Source: Heterodontus francisci
Lineage: Eukaryota
Assembly: GCF_036365525.1 (NCBI RefSeq)
Contig: NC_090371.1
Location: 217,675,056-217,739,055, forward strand
DNA length: 64,000 nucleotides
Direction of reading: 5' to 3'
Part shown: positions 61,146 through 64,000 of the stretch, one piece after another
Numbering within the stretch: the stretch's first letter is position 1
Layout: every line of letters starts with the position of its first letter
The notes under the pieces: generated by a model
The model's input: the letters and a program-made list of their open reading frames with translations, nothing else
Databases searched by the model: none
What the model was told of the DNA's origin: nothing
Made by a program: the position numbers and the translations under genes

Positions 61146-62855
61146 TCTCAAGATCACTTAATAGAATCAAAAAGTAGGGAACATATACTAAACCTGCATC
61201 AAACCTTGGTTAGATCACACTTAGAATACTGTGTGCAGTTCTGGTCATCATATTATAAAAAGGATATAGAGGCACTGGAGAGGGTGCCGAGAAGATTTAC
61301 AAGGATTACCAGAAATACATGGGTGTATAATTCAGGAAAGGATGACAGGCTGGATCTCTTTGCTCTTGAAAACAGAAGGCTGAAGGGTGACCCTAATAGA
61401 GATCTTTAAAATTACGAAAGGTTTTGATAGAGTGGATACAGAGAGAATGTTTCCACTTGTGGGGAAGAACATAACAAGAGACCATCAATATGAGATAATC
61501 GTCATGAAATCCAATAGCGAATTCAGAAGAAACCTCTTTTCCCAAAGAGTGTTGAGAATGTGGAACTCACTACCACAGGGATTGGGAGTAATTGAAGCGA
61601 ACTGTATAAATGCATTTAATTGAGGTGTACAAAATCATGAGGGATCTGGGTGTACAGGTCCACAGGTCACTGAAAGTGGCAATGCAGGTGTATAAGGTAG
61701 TCAAGAAGGCATACGGCATGCTTGCCTTCATCGGTCGGGGCATAGAGTATAAAAATTGGCAAGTCATGTTGCAGCTGTACAAAACCTTAGTTAGGCCACA
61801 CTTAGAATATTGTGTGCAATTCTGGTCGCCACACTACCAGAAGGACATGGAGGCTTTGGAGCGGGTACAGAGGAGGTTTACCAGGATGTTGCCTGGTCTG
61901 GAGGGCATTAGCTATGAGGAGAGGTTGGAAAAACTCGGATTGTTTTCACTGGAACGACGGAGGTGGAGGGGCGACATGATAGAGGTTTACAAAGTTATGA
62001 GCGGCATGGACAGAGTGGATGGCCAGAAGCTTTTTCCCAGGGCGGAAGAGTCAGTTACTAGGGGACATAGGTTTAAGGTGCGAGGGGCAAAGTTTAGAGG
62101 GGATGTGCGAGGCAAGTTTTTTACACAGAGGGTGGTGAGTACCTGGAACTTGCCACCAGGGGAGGTGGTGGAAGCAGATACGATAGCGACGTTTAAGAGA
62201 CATCTTGACAAATACATGAAAAGGAAGGGAATAGAGGGATATGGGCCCCGGAAGTGCAGAAGGTGTTAGTTTAGGCAGGCATCAAGATCGGCGCAGGCTT
62301 GGAGGGCCAAATGATCTGTTCCTGTGCTGTACTGTTCTTTGTTCTTTGTTCTAGATAGGAAGGACCTGTTTCCCCCAGCGGAGAGGTCAATTACCAGGGG
62401 GCACAGATTTACGGTGATTGGTAGAAGTAATAGAGGAGACATGAGGAAAAGCTTTTTCACCCAGAGGGTGATGGGTGTCTGGAATTCACTGCCCAGATCG
62501 GTGGTGAAGGCAGAAACCCTCAACTCATTTAAAACGCATCTGGACATGCACCTGACGTGTTGCAACCTGCAAGGCTATAGACCAGGTGCTGGAAGGTGGG
62601 ATTAGATTGGGCGGCTAGTTTTTTTTCAGCTGGCGCAGACACGATGGGCTGAATGGCCTCCTTCTGTGCCATAACTTTTCTATGATTCTAAAGCTAGACA
62701 AGCTTATAATGGAGAAGGGAATAGAGGGTTACGATGATAGATTTAGATGAGGAAAGATGGGAGAAGGCTCAAGTGGAGCACAAAGGCTGGTATGGACTAG
62801 TTGAGCTGAATGGCCTGTTTCTGTGCCATATATCCTATGCAATCTCATGTATGTA
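61146..62855 (+). mobile_element. Three nested same-strand CR1 fragments (outer 61146-61618 and 62691-62855; middle 61619-61645 and 62350-62690; inner about 61640-62351)
   Basis: ORFs 61206-61623, 61610-62269 and 62324-62605; three separate 3' hairpin/tail ends. Confidence 0.88.
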
Positions 62856-63811
62856 GATTGGCTGAAATATACCATTAACAAAATAGTAACTATTATTTTA
62901 ATTTTTTTTGCAGAAAGGATTTTGAAATTTAATCAGATTAAATGTGTGTTTTTTAAAAAACCATGGGCTGAAGGCATTGTGCACTAAAGCCAGTTGGCCC
63001 AATTTCACAGCTCATGGTCTATTCCAAACTATTTCAATGAGTGTGAATTGTCTCATCCCAGGATCCTTAGCTAAGATGGCCACAATCATTTTGAGAATTG
63101 CAAGCAATGGTGCCTTTAATTCCACTATCCACGTAGGAAGGCGAAGTAATTGATTTTATTGACAGGCCTAATGCTGAATCACTAGCTAGGAAAGAAGTCA
63201 GCATTATAGCCGTCCCCCTGAGAACATAGAAAATGGCTAAGAAATACAGGAGAAGTTCGGTTTTAAACAAGTGACTGCGAGGTATAGGCCTGGGCCTGAA
63301 GCTGGAGGCTAAAATGCAGGATGTCAGTTTTTGAAGTTAAAAGTATTCTAGAAAGAAAGGCAATACCAAGAACAATTAAGTCCATCTATGAAAGAGACTG
63401 AGCATGTGGTTTATTTTTCTTCCTCACCTTTTGGGAAGCAAAGTGACATTGAATGAAGTAAGTGCAATTTACTTTAACTGTTACTCTGCATGTCATTTGC
63501 TGTCTGTGAAACCGAGCTGTTGAATGATTTGTATCTGATATCATCCCAAGTGTTTCAGTTCATCCTCAGAATGATTGGAAAGATACATGCACGGGCATTT
63601 GGGAATGGCGCTATCCAGCTGGAATTAAGAAGAGAGGTCTTACTGCTATATCCCTGCATTATTAGATATTGGGTATTACAGACATACTTCTGAATGTAAG
63701 ATGCTCAGGCCATTTACAGATGAGACCGGCACTATTGTATCCGAGAGAATATCTAAGTCAGACTCTAAACTTCTAACATCAACAAATCAATGTGGGAAGA
63801 AGGGGGCATGA

Positions 63812-63983
63812 GGGTTGAACTGCAGGGATTCTCTCAGTCATCTGCTGTAACTTCAGCAGAAAATTCATGGAAACCCTGGAGAAATGGCATTAAACTTAAT
63901 TTACACTGTTTTATTGGCGTTTCTGCAGATGTTCCACAGAAGTCAGAGGAGATGTTCAGAATAATCCCTGTGAAAATTCAACC
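63812..63983. mobile_element. Short palindromic MITE with Harbinger-like ends
   Basis: GGTTGAA..CAGGGATT / AATCCCTG..AAAATTCAACC plus internal complementarity. Confidence 0.55.
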
Positions 63984-64000
63984 ATATGATTCTGATTTTT

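Noticed and set aside
63537-63665. Protein-like open stretch HPQNDWKDTCTGIWEWRYP
   Set aside because: Only about 40 codons, weak donor site, no recognisable family
1-64000. CRISPR array, rRNA or prokaryotic operon
   Set aside because: No regularly spaced repeats, rRNA motifs or dense gene packing; the content is vertebrate repeat DNA

Overview
Repeat-dominated eukaryotic DNA, probably from a cartilaginous fish (shark). The basis is HE1/V-SINE-like elements, CR1 LINEs with (TTGTTCT)n/(TTCTATG)n tails and a SacSINE-like tail. I cannot support any intact host protein-coding gene, and most predicted ORFs are transposon fragments or their antisense shadows. The window is a deeply nested transposon graveyard with these components: (i) many PIF/Harbinger two-gene elements (intron-containing Myb/SANT gene plus HARBI1-type DDE transposase, convergent), MITEs and 3-bp TSDs; (ii) an apparently ORF1-less CR1/L2-group LINE family whose 5' UTR matches the body of a tRNA-headed SINE-like repeat; (iii) vertebrate CR1 and RTE LINEs; (iv) three Gypsy lineages, two with SCAN-domain Gag, one of which shows the Gmr1-like PR-then-IN order; (v) three Penelope-type minimal hammerhead ribozyme motifs, one with an intact pseudoknot. 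All family names come from motif recognition by eye, not database searches. Boundaries without a stated TSD or TIR are approximate.
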